Position numbers and translations under genes: made by a program
Notes under the pieces: model-generated
Seen by the model: only the letters and a program-made list of their open reading frames with translations
Told to the model about the DNA's origin: nothing
Databases searched by the model: none
Part shown: piece by piece, positions 48,559 through 56,569 of the stretch
Position numbering within the stretch: position 1 is the first letter of the stretch
Layout: each line of letters opens with the position of its first letter
DNA from: Lachnospiraceae bacterium
GTDB lineage: Bacteria > Bacillota > Clostridia > Lachnospirales > Lachnospiraceae
Length of the DNA: 56,593 nt
Direction: 5' to 3'
NCBI GenBank assembly: GCA_017558205.1
Contig: JAFYWD010000169.1
Coordinates: 1 to 56,593 of the forward strand

Positions 48559-48665
48559 AGTAACAACTGCTACTAATTTAAGGCCATTTTTCGTAGGAAT
48601 GGTTTACTTTATGGAAAAAATATATTAGAATTATGCTGAATAAAATTTTAAAGGAGATGTTAAAT

Positions 48666-50327
48666 ATGAATATTTCATCATTGCAAAAAGCAAGATATGA
48701 GTATGCTCCCAAGCTTCCCGGAATGCTGAGAAACGGTATTGCCGATATTTGTGTAAATGAAGGCGGAGAAACTCAGAGTGTAGCCGATCAGGAAAAAATC
48801 AAAGCACTTTTCCCTAATACTTACGGTAAAAAAGAAATTACCTTCCAGAAAGGACAGAATACTTCTGAAGCTAAAAAACAGATTGTAGGTGTTATCCTTT
48901 CCGGTGGACAGGCTCCCGGTGGACATAATGTTATCTGCGGTTTATATGATGCTTTAAAAGCTACCAATAAAGAAAATGAACTCTACGGATTTAAGGGTGG
49001 TCCCAGCGGACTTCTTGAAGATGACTACTTAGTTTTCGATGATGAATATATTAATGAGTTCAGAAATACCGGTGGATTTGATATTATCGGTTCCGGAAGA
49101 ACCAAGCTGGAAACTAACGAACAGTTTGCTGTTGTTGCTGATGTTTGTAAGAAGCACGGTATCACTGCCGTAGTTATTATCGGTGGTGATGATTCCAACA
49201 CTAACGCTGCTGTTCTTGCTGAATATTTTGCAGCTAACAACACCGGTGTACAGGTAATCGGATGTCCTAAAACTATCGATGGTGACTTAAAGAACGAAGA
49301 TATTGAATGCTCCTTCGGTTTCGATACTGCAACAAAAACATACAGCGAAATCATCGGTAATATTGAAAGAGATGCTAACTCTGCCAAAAAATACTGGCAC
49401 TTTGTAAAGGTTATGGGTCGTTCTGCTTCCCACGTAGCTTTAGAGTGTGCTTTAAAAACACAGCCTAATATCTGTCTTGTATCTGAAGAAGTAGCTGCTA
49501 AGAAAATGTCCCTCTCTCAGATTGCAGATTACATTGCTGATTCCGTAGAAAAAAGAGCTGCTAAGGGCATGAATTTCGGTGTAGCTATTATTCCTGAAGG
49601 TGTCGTAGAATTCGTTCCTGAATTCTCTGTACTGATTCATGAAATCAATGAGCTTCTTGCAGGAAGCAAGGCAGACGATTTCAATGCTCTTCCTACTTGG
49701 AAAGATAAATATGCTTTCATTGAAAAAGGATTAACAAAAGAATCCATGGAAGTATTTGCTATCCTTCCTGAAGCAATCCAGCAGCAGTTATTCTTAGAAA
49801 GAGATCCTCATGGAAATGTACAGGTTTCCCTGATTGAATCTGAAAAATTATTCTCTGCTCTTGTAAAGGATAAATTAGATGCAAGAAAAGCAGCCGGAAC
49901 ATATACCGGAAAATTCAATGCTCTTCATCACTTCTTAGGATATGAAGGAAGATGTGCTTTCCCTTCTAACTTTGATGCTGATTACTGCTACTCCTTAGGA
50001 TACAATGCCTTCATGCTGATTCAGTATGGCTACAACGGATATTTATCCAAGGTTTCCAACTTATCTCAGCCCGCCAATGAATGGGTTGCCGGTGGTATGC
50101 CTATTACCAAGATGATGAACATCGAAAGAAGACATGGAGAAGATAAGCCTGTTATTAAAAAAGCTCTGGTAGAGCTGGAGGGAGCTCCCTTCAAATTCTT
50201 TGAAGCTCATCGTGAAGAATGGGCAGTAGATACCTGCTTCGTATATCCCGGTGCTATTCAATACTACGGACCTACAGAGGTTTGTGATATCACAACAGTT
50301 ACCCTTGCTCTTGAGCAGGCGAAATAA
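48666..50327 (+). CDS. pfp: diphosphate--fructose-6-phosphate 1-phosphotransferase (PPi-dependent phosphofructokinase, long form)
   Basis: 553 aa with [17 protein letters not shown] and MGR motifs in the long PFP architecture. Start placed at ATG 48666 behind AAAGGAG. Confidence 0.9.
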   Translation: MNISSLQKARYEYAPKLPGMLRNGIADICVNEGGETQSVADQEKIKALFPNTYGKKEITFQKGQNTSEAKKQIVGVILSGGQAPGGHNVICGLYDALKATNKENELYGFKGGPSGLLEDDYLVFDDEYINEFRNTGGFDIIGSGRTKLETNEQFAVVADVCKKHGITAVVIIGGDDSNTNAAVLAEYFAANNTGVQVIGCPKTIDGDLKNEDIECSFGFDTATKTYSEIIGNIERDANSAKKYWHFVKVMGRSASHVALECALKTQPNICLVSEEVAAKKMSLSQIADYIADSVEKRAAKGMNFGVAIIPEGVVEFVPEFSVLIHEINELLAGSKADDFNALPTWKDKYAFIEKGLTKESMEVFAILPEAIQQQLFLERDPHGNVQVSLIESEKLFSALVKDKLDARKAAGTYTGKFNALHHFLGYEGRCAFPSNFDADYCYSLGYNAFMLIQYGYNGYLSKVSNLSQPANEWVAGGMPITKMMNIERRHGEDKPVIKKALVELEGAPFKFFEAHREEWAVDTCFVYPGAIQYYGPTEVCDITTVTLALEQAK

Positions 50328-50356
50328 GAAAGTTAATACTAGTACATTATTTTTAT

Positions 50357-50399
50357 AAAAAAAGCGGAAGCTGTTGATTTACAGTTTTCCGCTTTTTTA
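50357..50399. terminator. bidirectional terminator shared by pfp and the sigK 3' segment
   Basis: AGCGGAA...TTCCGCT stem flanked by A7 and T6, between convergent genes. Confidence 0.75.
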
Positions 50400-50771
50400 T
50401 TAGTTTTTTTTACTGATGGCAAGCCTTAGCTTCTCCAGACTTCTTTTTTCAATTCTGGAAATATAGCTTCTTGATATTTTCAGCTTATCTCCTATTTCTC
50501 TTTGGGTCAATTCCCGATACCCTCTTAAACCGTATCGCATCAAAAGTATTTCTTTCTCCCTTGGCTCCAGTACCTGATCAATTAAATTTTCCAGTCGTTT
50601 TGTATCCTCATTCAGCTGAACCAGTTCGGCAAAATCCCGTTGTTCTGCCTCAATCATATCTAAAAGATTAATTTCATTTCCTTCCTTATCCGTACCCATA
50701 GGTTCAAAAATTGATACCTCCCTGGAAAGCTTTTTTCTGCTTCTGAAATACATAAGGATTTCATTTGCTAT
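50400..50771 (-). CDS. sigK: RNA polymerase sporulation sigma factor SigK, C-terminal segment only (sigma regions 3-4; spoIIIC-equivalent of a split gene)
   Basis: IANEILMYFRSRKKLSREVSIFEPMGTDKEGNEINLLD...REKEILLMRYGL...TQREIGDKLKISRSYISRIEKRSLEKL matches the C-terminal half of SigK. No region 1-2 is present. Upstream residues of the ORF (to 50849) are unrelated and overlap the recombinase gene. Confidence 0.8.
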   Translation of the reverse strand: MANEILMYFRSRKKLSREVSIFEPMGTDKEGNEINLLDMIEAEQRDFAELVQLNEDTKRLENLIDQVLEPREKEILLMRYGLRGYRELTQREIGDKLKISRSYISRIEKRSLEKLRLAISKKN

Positions 50772-52590
50772 CCTCCCCCCAATGCGTTTTTGATGCACTG
50801 AGGGGTTCAGTTTTTCCCAGGCGTTCATCCTCCATATCGTCATCATCATAATCTACATCGGAAAAGTCCACCAATTCCTCTGTTTCGTCATCGTCCTCAG
50901 TATTAGCGGATGCTACGGCAGCAATTTCCGGATACTCGATTTCATCATCCCTGACACCAAACAGAATAACATGAGCATTGACACCATCCCAAACCACCTT
51001 ACGCACGATGGTGCGAATGGCAGCACGTTTCTGTTCAACAGTCATTTCGTCGATGCCGTCCTTGAAGATGGTCAGCAACTGACGCAACAGATCAAACTCA
51101 ACATCACTAAGAGCGTGCTGTGAAGTCAGACCTTCCAGTTCCTGAATACGCTGTTCAAGAGACTGGTATTCTCCATTCAACTGTTCAATTCGTTTGGTTA
51201 CATGAGCCTTGGCAGGACTATCACCCATATCCACAAGGGAGTCTACCAGAGAATTGATTTTCTTCTCGGTTTCTGCCTTTTCTTTTCGCATATCATCCAG
51301 TCGCTGTTCGTAATCCATGCGATTGCCAGTATAAAATCTGCGACTCTGTTCCAACTGTGCAATGAAAGTATCTTTATCCTCTGCAAGCATTTTAATCTGC
51401 TCTACTACAGCCATATCCAATGTGTTGCCATTGGCATTTTTGCTGTTACACACAGAGCGCTGACTGCGTTCTTTCATCTTGCAGACATAGGTGTAAATAA
51501 CCTTGTCATCTGCAGTTTTACGTTTACTCATTTTCGGATACATACGCTCACCGCAACTACAGAATAGCAATCCGGTCAAAAGTGCTTCGTTGCTGCGTGG
51601 CTTTCTGAATGATTTGGATTTATTACGTTCCAGAGATTCCCCGATCTGAACCCATACCTTGCCCGGAACCAGACCCGGATGCTTGCCAACAGATACAATC
51701 CATTCACTTGCAGGAAGATACTTTGTGGCTCTGCCTTTTTCCTGATCGGTACGGTTGTAAGCCATGATGCCATGCTTGTTGTCAAAAGCATCTTTCTCTG
51801 AGAACAGGTCTGTGTCATTCTGAATAAAGAAATTATAGGCATCTTCATCTGCAATCATATAAACCGGATTCTGCAAAATCGCTTTGATGGAAAATCGGGT
51901 AAAGTAATTATTATTCTTTGTCTTAATGCCTTGTTTGATCAAAGCCGCTTCGGTCAATGTCAGAGAGTCTGTTTCAACATATAAGTCATAAATCATTCTG
52001 ACAATATCCGCTTCTTCCTGTATCAGTTTCAGCTTGCAGGCTTTCTTGGACTTTCCATCAATCGTCACACTCTTAACTGCTTCGGAAGCATAGCCTGTAG
52101 GCGTTGTACCGCCAAGCCAACGACCCGTCTTTGCCAGTTCGTGCATATTATCACGAATACGCTCCGCAATAGTTTCACGCTCCAACTGAGAGAAAACAGA
52201 TGCAATATACATCATGGCTCGTCCCATAGGGGTGCTGGTATCGAACTGCTCTTTAATAGAAACGAAAGAAATATCCAGACGAGCCAGTTCCTCAATCAAA
52301 CTGGCAAAGTCGCTGATATTACGACTGATACGGTCAAGACGATATACAATGATGGCTTTAAACTTACGCTTTTTGGCAGCATCCATCATTTTCTTAAAGT
52401 CCGGACGGTTCAGATTACCACCGGAAAACCCCTCATCTTCATACACAACAACTTTATCTGCAGCTGCATCACCATAATGTAAGCGAATATATTCTTTACA
52501 TAGTTCTACCTGATTGCCGATACTTTCGCCTTTTCCTGTGAACTTAGACTTACGGGAATAGATAGCTATGATATCTTCATTTTTCCGCAT
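50761..52590 (-). CDS. large serine recombinase (resolvase catalytic domain + recombinase domain + zinc ribbon + coiled coil)
   Basis: IAIYSRKSKFTGKGESIGNQ catalytic Ser region, VYRLDRISRN, a Cys4 ribbon (CSCGERMYP...YVCKMK...CNSKN), a coiled coil and an acidic tail. Start placed at ATG 52590 behind AAGGAGG; the alternative start is at 52596. Confidence 0.9.
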   Translation of the reverse strand: MRKNEDIIAIYSRKSKFTGKGESIGNQVELCKEYIRLHYGDAAADKVVVYEDEGFSGGNLNRPDFKKMMDAAKKRKFKAIIVYRLDRISRNISDFASLIEELARLDISFVSIKEQFDTSTPMGRAMMYIASVFSQLERETIAERIRDNMHELAKTGRWLGGTTPTGYASEAVKSVTIDGKSKKACKLKLIQEEADIVRMIYDLYVETDSLTLTEAALIKQGIKTKNNNYFTRFSIKAILQNPVYMIADEDAYNFFIQNDTDLFSEKDAFDNKHGIMAYNRTDQEKGRATKYLPASEWIVSVGKHPGLVPGKVWVQIGESLERNKSKSFRKPRSNEALLTGLLFCSCGERMYPKMSKRKTADDKVIYTYVCKMKERSQRSVCNSKNANGNTLDMAVVEQIKMLAEDKDTFIAQLEQSRRFYTGNRMDYEQRLDDMRKEKAETEKKINSLVDSLVDMGDSPAKAHVTKRIEQLNGEYQSLEQRIQELEGLTSQHALSDVEFDLLRQLLTIFKDGIDEMTVEQKRAAIRTIVRKVVWDGVNAHVILFGVRDDEIEYPEIAAVASANTEDDDETEELVDFSDVDYDDDDMEDERLGKTEPLSASKTHWGEDSK

Positions 52591-52608
52591 TTTCATATCC
52601 TCCTTATC

Positions 52609-52661
52609 TTGATATGTGATGTGTCTTATGGTATTATAACATAGCGTAGCATTAAAGTAAA
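52609..52661. promoter_or_regulatory. candidate overlapping divergent sigma-A promoters for tnpV (+) and the recombinase (-)
   Basis: Plus strand: TTGATA (52609-14), 17 nt, TGgTATTAT (52629-37). Minus strand: TTTACT (52661-56), 17 nt, TATAAT (52638-33). The two -10 hexamers occupy the same base pairs. Confidence 0.35.
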
Positions 52662-52679
52662 CAGATTGGAGGTATTTCA

Positions 52680-53051
52680 ATGAAGTCATTGTTTGAAGAA
52701 ATGGGCGGAACCTATACATTGGGCACAGATGGAATGTATTATCCTGATCTCGCACTACCTGAAGAAGAACCACATTACGGCAAATACGGCAGGATGCGCC
52801 TGCATCATTTGAAAGAACACCGCAAGGTGTTGTACAACACACTTTTGCTGGATGGAAAGTTGGTGGAACATCTAAATGAGGTAGATGATACCGCCAACCA
52901 GAGAATGGAACTGCTCACCCTGCAAATGAAGGAACGACAGGGTGTAAATGAAGCATTAAAGGCTTGTGACCTGATGGCATGGGTCGGTGCTATGAATAAC
53001 ATCCATAATACGGCAGAAGAAATTGTATTGAGTGAATTGATTTATAACTAA
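52680..53051 (+). CDS. tnpV: TnpV family transposon-encoded protein
   Basis: 123 aa starting MKSLFEEMGGTY, with YGRMRLHHLKEHRKVLYNTLLLDGKL and WVGAMNNIHNTAEEIVLSELIY. This matches my recollection of the TnpV family found beside serine recombinases in Tn4451-type clostridial elements. Confidence 0.75.
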   Translation: MKSLFEEMGGTYTLGTDGMYYPDLALPEEEPHYGKYGRMRLHHLKEHRKVLYNTLLLDGKLVEHLNEVDDTANQRMELLTLQMKERQGVNEALKACDLMAWVGAMNNIHNTAEEIVLSELIYN

Positions 53052-53060
53052 CAAGAATCT

Positions 53061-53102
53061 AAGCCACGACTGCTACTCCTCTCGGAATAACAGCCGTGGC
53101 TT
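53061..53102 (+). terminator. possible terminator after tnpV
   Basis: AAGCCACG(A)CTG ... CAG(C)CGTGGCTT stem with a large loop, followed by TTTCTTAATTTT. Confidence 0.4.
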
Positions 53103-53134
53103 TCTTAATTTTCTATGAATTATATCTACGCATA

Positions 53135-53162
53135 TTGACATTCTCGATATTCGAGATATAAT
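53135..53162 (+). promoter_or_regulatory. sigma-A promoter of the PadR operon
   Basis: TTGACA (53135-40), 16-nt spacer, TATAAT (53157-62). Confidence 0.6.
53143..53155. promoter_or_regulatory. operator-like inverted repeat CTCGAtatTCGAG, copy 1 (in the promoter spacer)
   Basis: Exact 13-bp sequence repeated 34 bp downstream. Lies between the -35 and -10 elements. Confidence 0.55.
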
Positions 53163-53176
53163 AAAATTAGATAATA

Positions 53177-53189
53177 CTCGATATTCGAG
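53177..53189. promoter_or_regulatory. operator-like inverted repeat CTCGAtatTCGAG, copy 2 (just downstream of the predicted start site)
   Basis: Identical 13-mer, immediately upstream of the PadR RBS. Confidence 0.55.
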
Positions 53190-53206
53190 AATTGGAGGTG
53201 AACCGT

Positions 53207-53527
53207 GTGGCAAGAGCAAAATTTCAAACGCTGACAGAGCAGATGTTCTACACTTTGCTTTGTCTGAAAGAAGAGTGCTACGGCATGGATATTCTGGATA
53301 GAGTTCCTGCCATGACAAGGGGGCGAGTCAATGTTGGCTCCGGTACACTATACACTCTGCTTGAACAGTTCCTGGATGCTGAGATGATTCGTGAAACAAA
53401 AGTTGAAGGCAGACGCCGCAGTTATATCCTCACGGACAAAGGCAGAGAAATGTTAGAAAAAGAATGTGCCAGACTGACTGCACAGCTGGCGGATTATCAT
53501 TTGATTTTTGGGAAGGAGGAAGTCTAA
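53207..53527 (+). CDS. PadR family transcriptional regulator
   Basis: YTLLCLKEECYGMDILDRV...GSGTLYTLLEQFLDAEMI...RRSYILTDKG winged-helix PadR pattern. GTG 53207 lies behind GGAGGTG; the ORF track start at 53192 is a TTG. Confidence 0.85.
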   Translation: MARAKFQTLTEQMFYTLLCLKEECYGMDILDRVPAMTRGRVNVGSGTLYTLLEQFLDAEMIRETKVEGRRRSYILTDKGREMLEKECARLTAQLADYHLIFGKEEV

Positions 53528-54939
53528 TGAAAAACACAAAACGTCGTATTGAACCGTTATCCTTTTTTGACCATACCGGGATTAGTGGACATCTTGAAAA
53601 AATGGCTGCAAAAGGATGGATGATTGAAAAAATCATAAATACGGGCTGGGTCTATCGTCGCATTGAGCTAAAAAAAATCCATTTTGCAGTTTCCTATTTT
53701 CCAAAGGCTTCTGAGTTCGACCCGGAACCTTCCGAAGAACAGAAAATGTTCCATGACTTCTGCGCTCATACTGGATGGCAGCTTGCCTGCACTTCGGCTC
53801 AGCTACAGATTTTCTACAATGAAAGTGAGAATCCCACTCCGATTGCAACTGAACCAGAATTAGAATTACAAGCAATTCATGCTTCTGCCAAAAAAGGATT
53901 TATTCCTTCGTACATCGTTCTATTTGTTATTGCGCTTTTACAAGGAGCATTATGGATCAGCAATCTTCTTGGCGATCCGATTGATCTCCTATCCAGTCCG
54001 ACCAACCTATTTACTGGCTTTGCGTGGTTACTCTTAGCTATTCTTTGTATTGTAGAATTGGTTTGCTATTTCCGATGGCATTCCAAAGCAAAGGTAGCAG
54101 CTGAACATGGAGAATTTCTGAAAGTGCCAAGTACATCAACATTCCAAAAGGTAGTGTTGATCCTTATAATTGGAGGAGCAATCTTCTGGGGCGTGAATTA
54201 CATCATTTGCGGCGATACTTTGCAGAGATGGATTGCAATTCTGATGTGCATCTATATGCCAGCCCTTTTTGTGATCGTCAATGCCACAAAGGAGTTCCTG
54301 AAACGCAGGAAGGCATCCAGAGGTGTTAATCGAACAGTAACCATGCTCACCAGTTTCATCGTTGCTTTTGCTATGATGGGTGCAATTACATTCGGAACGC
54401 TCTATGCTTCTAACCATGGATTCTTTGCTGACAAAAACGATGAAACCTATGAGTACAGAGGGATGACTTGGGTAATTCATCGAGACGAACTCCCTCTTGT
54501 AGTGGAAGATCTCGTGGATGTCGATTTTGACGGTTATATCAAAGAGCGTCGTGGTAATGCGTCGTTGCTCATGGGACAGTTTGTCATGCGTCAGCACCCT
54601 CGTTATGATGCTGAAAACCGCAAAGATTATCCGGAACTCGAATATACCATATCCATTATAAATGTTCCTGCGCTATACGAAATGTGCAAAAATCAGACGA
54701 TAGACAAAAAGGATGAAACCGACAATACTGATATTCCTGAAGGTTTTAAGCGAGTGTACTTGGAACAAGATCCAACCCCATGGAAAGCTAACGAAGTATA
54801 TCGGTTGGCGTATCAGGACAGCGGTGCTTTGAACAGCTATCTTTTGTGCTACGATGATAGAATCATAGAGATCAGCTTTGATTGGGAGCCTACCGCAGAA
54901 CAGATGGCTATTGTTACTGAAAAGCTGAATGGCAATTAA
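53527..54939 (+). CDS. DUF2812 domain membrane protein (typical PadR partner)
   Basis: N-terminal FFDHTGISGHLEKMAAKGWMIEKI...WVYRRIE pattern of DUF2812, then about 6 TM helices. The ATG overlaps the PadR stop (TAATG). Confidence 0.75.
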   Translation: MKNTKRRIEPLSFFDHTGISGHLEKMAAKGWMIEKIINTGWVYRRIELKKIHFAVSYFPKASEFDPEPSEEQKMFHDFCAHTGWQLACTSAQLQIFYNESENPTPIATEPELELQAIHASAKKGFIPSYIVLFVIALLQGALWISNLLGDPIDLLSSPTNLFTGFAWLLLAILCIVELVCYFRWHSKAKVAAEHGEFLKVPSTSTFQKVVLILIIGGAIFWGVNYIICGDTLQRWIAILMCIYMPALFVIVNATKEFLKRRKASRGVNRTVTMLTSFIVAFAMMGAITFGTLYASNHGFFADKNDETYEYRGMTWVIHRDELPLVVEDLVDVDFDGYIKERRGNASLLMGQFVMRQHPRYDAENRKDYPELEYTISIINVPALYEMCKNQTIDKKDETDNTDIPEGFKRVYLEQDPTPWKANEVYRLAYQDSGALNSYLLCYDDRIIEISFDWEPTAEQMAIVTEKLNGN

Positions 54940-54962
54940 CCGCAACACAGGAGGTGTGATAA

Positions 54963-55355
54963 ATGGAGAAAATAATAGCTCCTACCATATTGCTCATTAT
55001 CATGGGCATAGGATTTTACTTTCTATATATAAACGGCTATCTTGTAACAAATGCTAAACGGGCCGTTATGTATATTGGTTCTTTAGGTGGAAGAAAAGCC
55101 AACTTCTCTTCTTGCACTGGTTACACGAAACGAGTAATTAAGTTTAAGGAAAGTGGTTCAGTACATTTTAATCTTGCTCTGGAAATATCTAAAGGCGAAG
55201 TAACCATGGAACTACTGGATACAAATAAACAATGTATCCTGCAGCTTAGTAATACGCAACCGAGTTCCGTTATTCAGATTGATGCAAAAAAACGATACTT
55301 CTTAGTGTTCCGATTTAAGTCTGCTTCTGGTAGCTATCTACTTACTTGGGAATGA
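54963..55355 (+). CDS. hypothetical membrane-anchored protein
   Basis: 130 aa with one N-terminal TM helix, then a beta-rich region. GGAGG RBS. No family recognised. Confidence 0.5.
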   Translation: MEKIIAPTILLIIMGIGFYFLYINGYLVTNAKRAVMYIGSLGGRKANFSSCTGYTKRVIKFKESGSVHFNLALEISKGEVTMELLDTNKQCILQLSNTQPSSVIQIDAKKRYFLVFRFKSASGSYLLTWE

Positions 55356-55388
55356 CAATAGTTTTTTACATGAAAGGTGGTGCATGGA

Positions 55389-55814
55389 ATGGAAAAACGT
55401 AATCTTGGGGAGTATCAAGTTGAGATAGACGAAGCTACTACAGCAGAATGGTACATAGTGAAAGAACCATGGGGTTGTGAATGTGGACATTGCCGAAACT
55501 TCTTGAAACTGGCACGGAACAATGAATTACCTGATACAGTTCATGCTATTTTGAAAGAACTGAATATTGCACCAGAAAAAGCCACCTATGTATGTGAAAT
55601 CATGCCAAAAGATGGCGGCCACTTGTATCAATTCAGCTACCGCATTGCCGGTAGCATACTGAATGAAGATACGGCAAAAAGCACGGTTACAGATTGGGGC
55701 GAAGTACGATGCTGCCATGAACTTTACCCTCACGGAGCGCCCGGTTTTCCATCTCCGCATTTTGATTTGGAGTTTTGGATAACCCTTCCGTGGATATTAG
55801 ATGAGAAACAATAG
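55389..55814 (+). CDS. hypothetical protein (CxCxxC motif)
   Basis: 141 aa with WGCECGHCRNF. AAAGGTGG RBS 8 nt upstream. No family recognised. Confidence 0.5.
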   Translation: MEKRNLGEYQVEIDEATTAEWYIVKEPWGCECGHCRNFLKLARNNELPDTVHAILKELNIAPEKATYVCEIMPKDGGHLYQFSYRIAGSILNEDTAKSTVTDWGEVRCCHELYPHGAPGFPSPHFDLEFWITLPWILDEKQ

Positions 55815-55831
55815 ATTGGAGGTAGTAGCCA

Positions 55832-56569
55832 ATGAGAGAAACAACTCGCCACAACATCAATACACCATACAGCCTGCATGATATGAATGTGATCGCCTTT
55901 GAGGTCAGCGGCGATGACCTCACCATGCGCACGCAGTCTGGGATGGTTCAAACGACTGCCCCTTATCGCCAACCTGACGGCTATGTGAAGTTCCATGACG
56001 TTCAATGGGATTTTAGTTTCGTGTATTTGCTCGGTGTTACCGGGAATGTTGGCACATTTACAGGCGAAAAAATGTTTTTGAAAGACTTTTTCGAGCGATA
56101 TCAGCAGTTTGGCTTCTCCGTCATGGATGAAACCTATGGCTATAACATGACAAAATACTGTGGCTATCTTACGGCAAATCGAGAGCATTGCGAATGCATC
56201 ATAGAGATATACCACGAGGGCGATATGGTCTTTGTGGATGAGACGGAATATGTCGGAATGAAAGAAGTTATTCTCAGCCACGACAGCGAGGCAATGCTGT
56301 GTCTGGTTCCGGCAGAGGTTGCTGACAATCTGGATGTGTACTGCCTGGACTTTGGATTCAGCTGGGTTTGGAATGGACCGGAAAACGGACGATATCTGAA
56401 ACGGGTCAATGAGGACTTGGTTGGAGCTATGTTCGGTACCGCTGAATTTATCGACTATCTGAACAGATGGGCGTTCCCTGACTTCCAGTCAAAAATTGTA
56501 AGGGGGCTGGGCTGTTATGATTATGAAATTCCAGCGGAGTACCAAAAGCTACCTCGACACAACTTTTAA
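55832..56569 (+). CDS. hypothetical protein
   Basis: 245 aa with a GGAGG RBS, the last complete gene in the window. No family recognised. Confidence 0.5.
   Translation: MRETTRHNINTPYSLHDMNVIAFEVSGDDLTMRTQSGMVQTTAPYRQPDGYVKFHDVQWDFSFVYLLGVTGNVGTFTGEKMFLKDFFERYQQFGFSVMDETYGYNMTKYCGYLTANREHCECIIEIYHEGDMVFVDETEYVGMKEVILSHDSEAMLCLVPAEVADNLDVYCLDFGFSWVWNGPENGRYLKRVNEDLVGAMFGTAEFIDYLNRWAFPDFQSKIVRGLGCYDYEIPAEYQKLPRHNF

Noticed and set aside
50772-50849. N-terminal 26 residues (MMMTIWRMNAWEKLNPSVHQKRIGGR) of the sigma-factor ORF
   Set aside because: These residues are unrelated to any sigma region. They lie in an alternative frame of the recombinase 3' end. They are element DNA read through by chance and not part of SigK.
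52591-52842. 84-codon upstream extension of the recombinase ORF
   Set aside because: It is Cys-rich nonsense sequence that runs through the tnpV start and the divergent promoter. AAGGAGG precedes the ATG at 52590, where the resolvase domain begins.
55730-56281. 183-aa minus-strand ORF antisense to the 245-aa gene, plus smaller antisense ORFs at 55527-55932
   Set aside because: They lie entirely inside better-supported plus-strand genes that have RBSs, and they lack any RBS of their own. Shadow ORFs like these are typical of the higher-GC element DNA.
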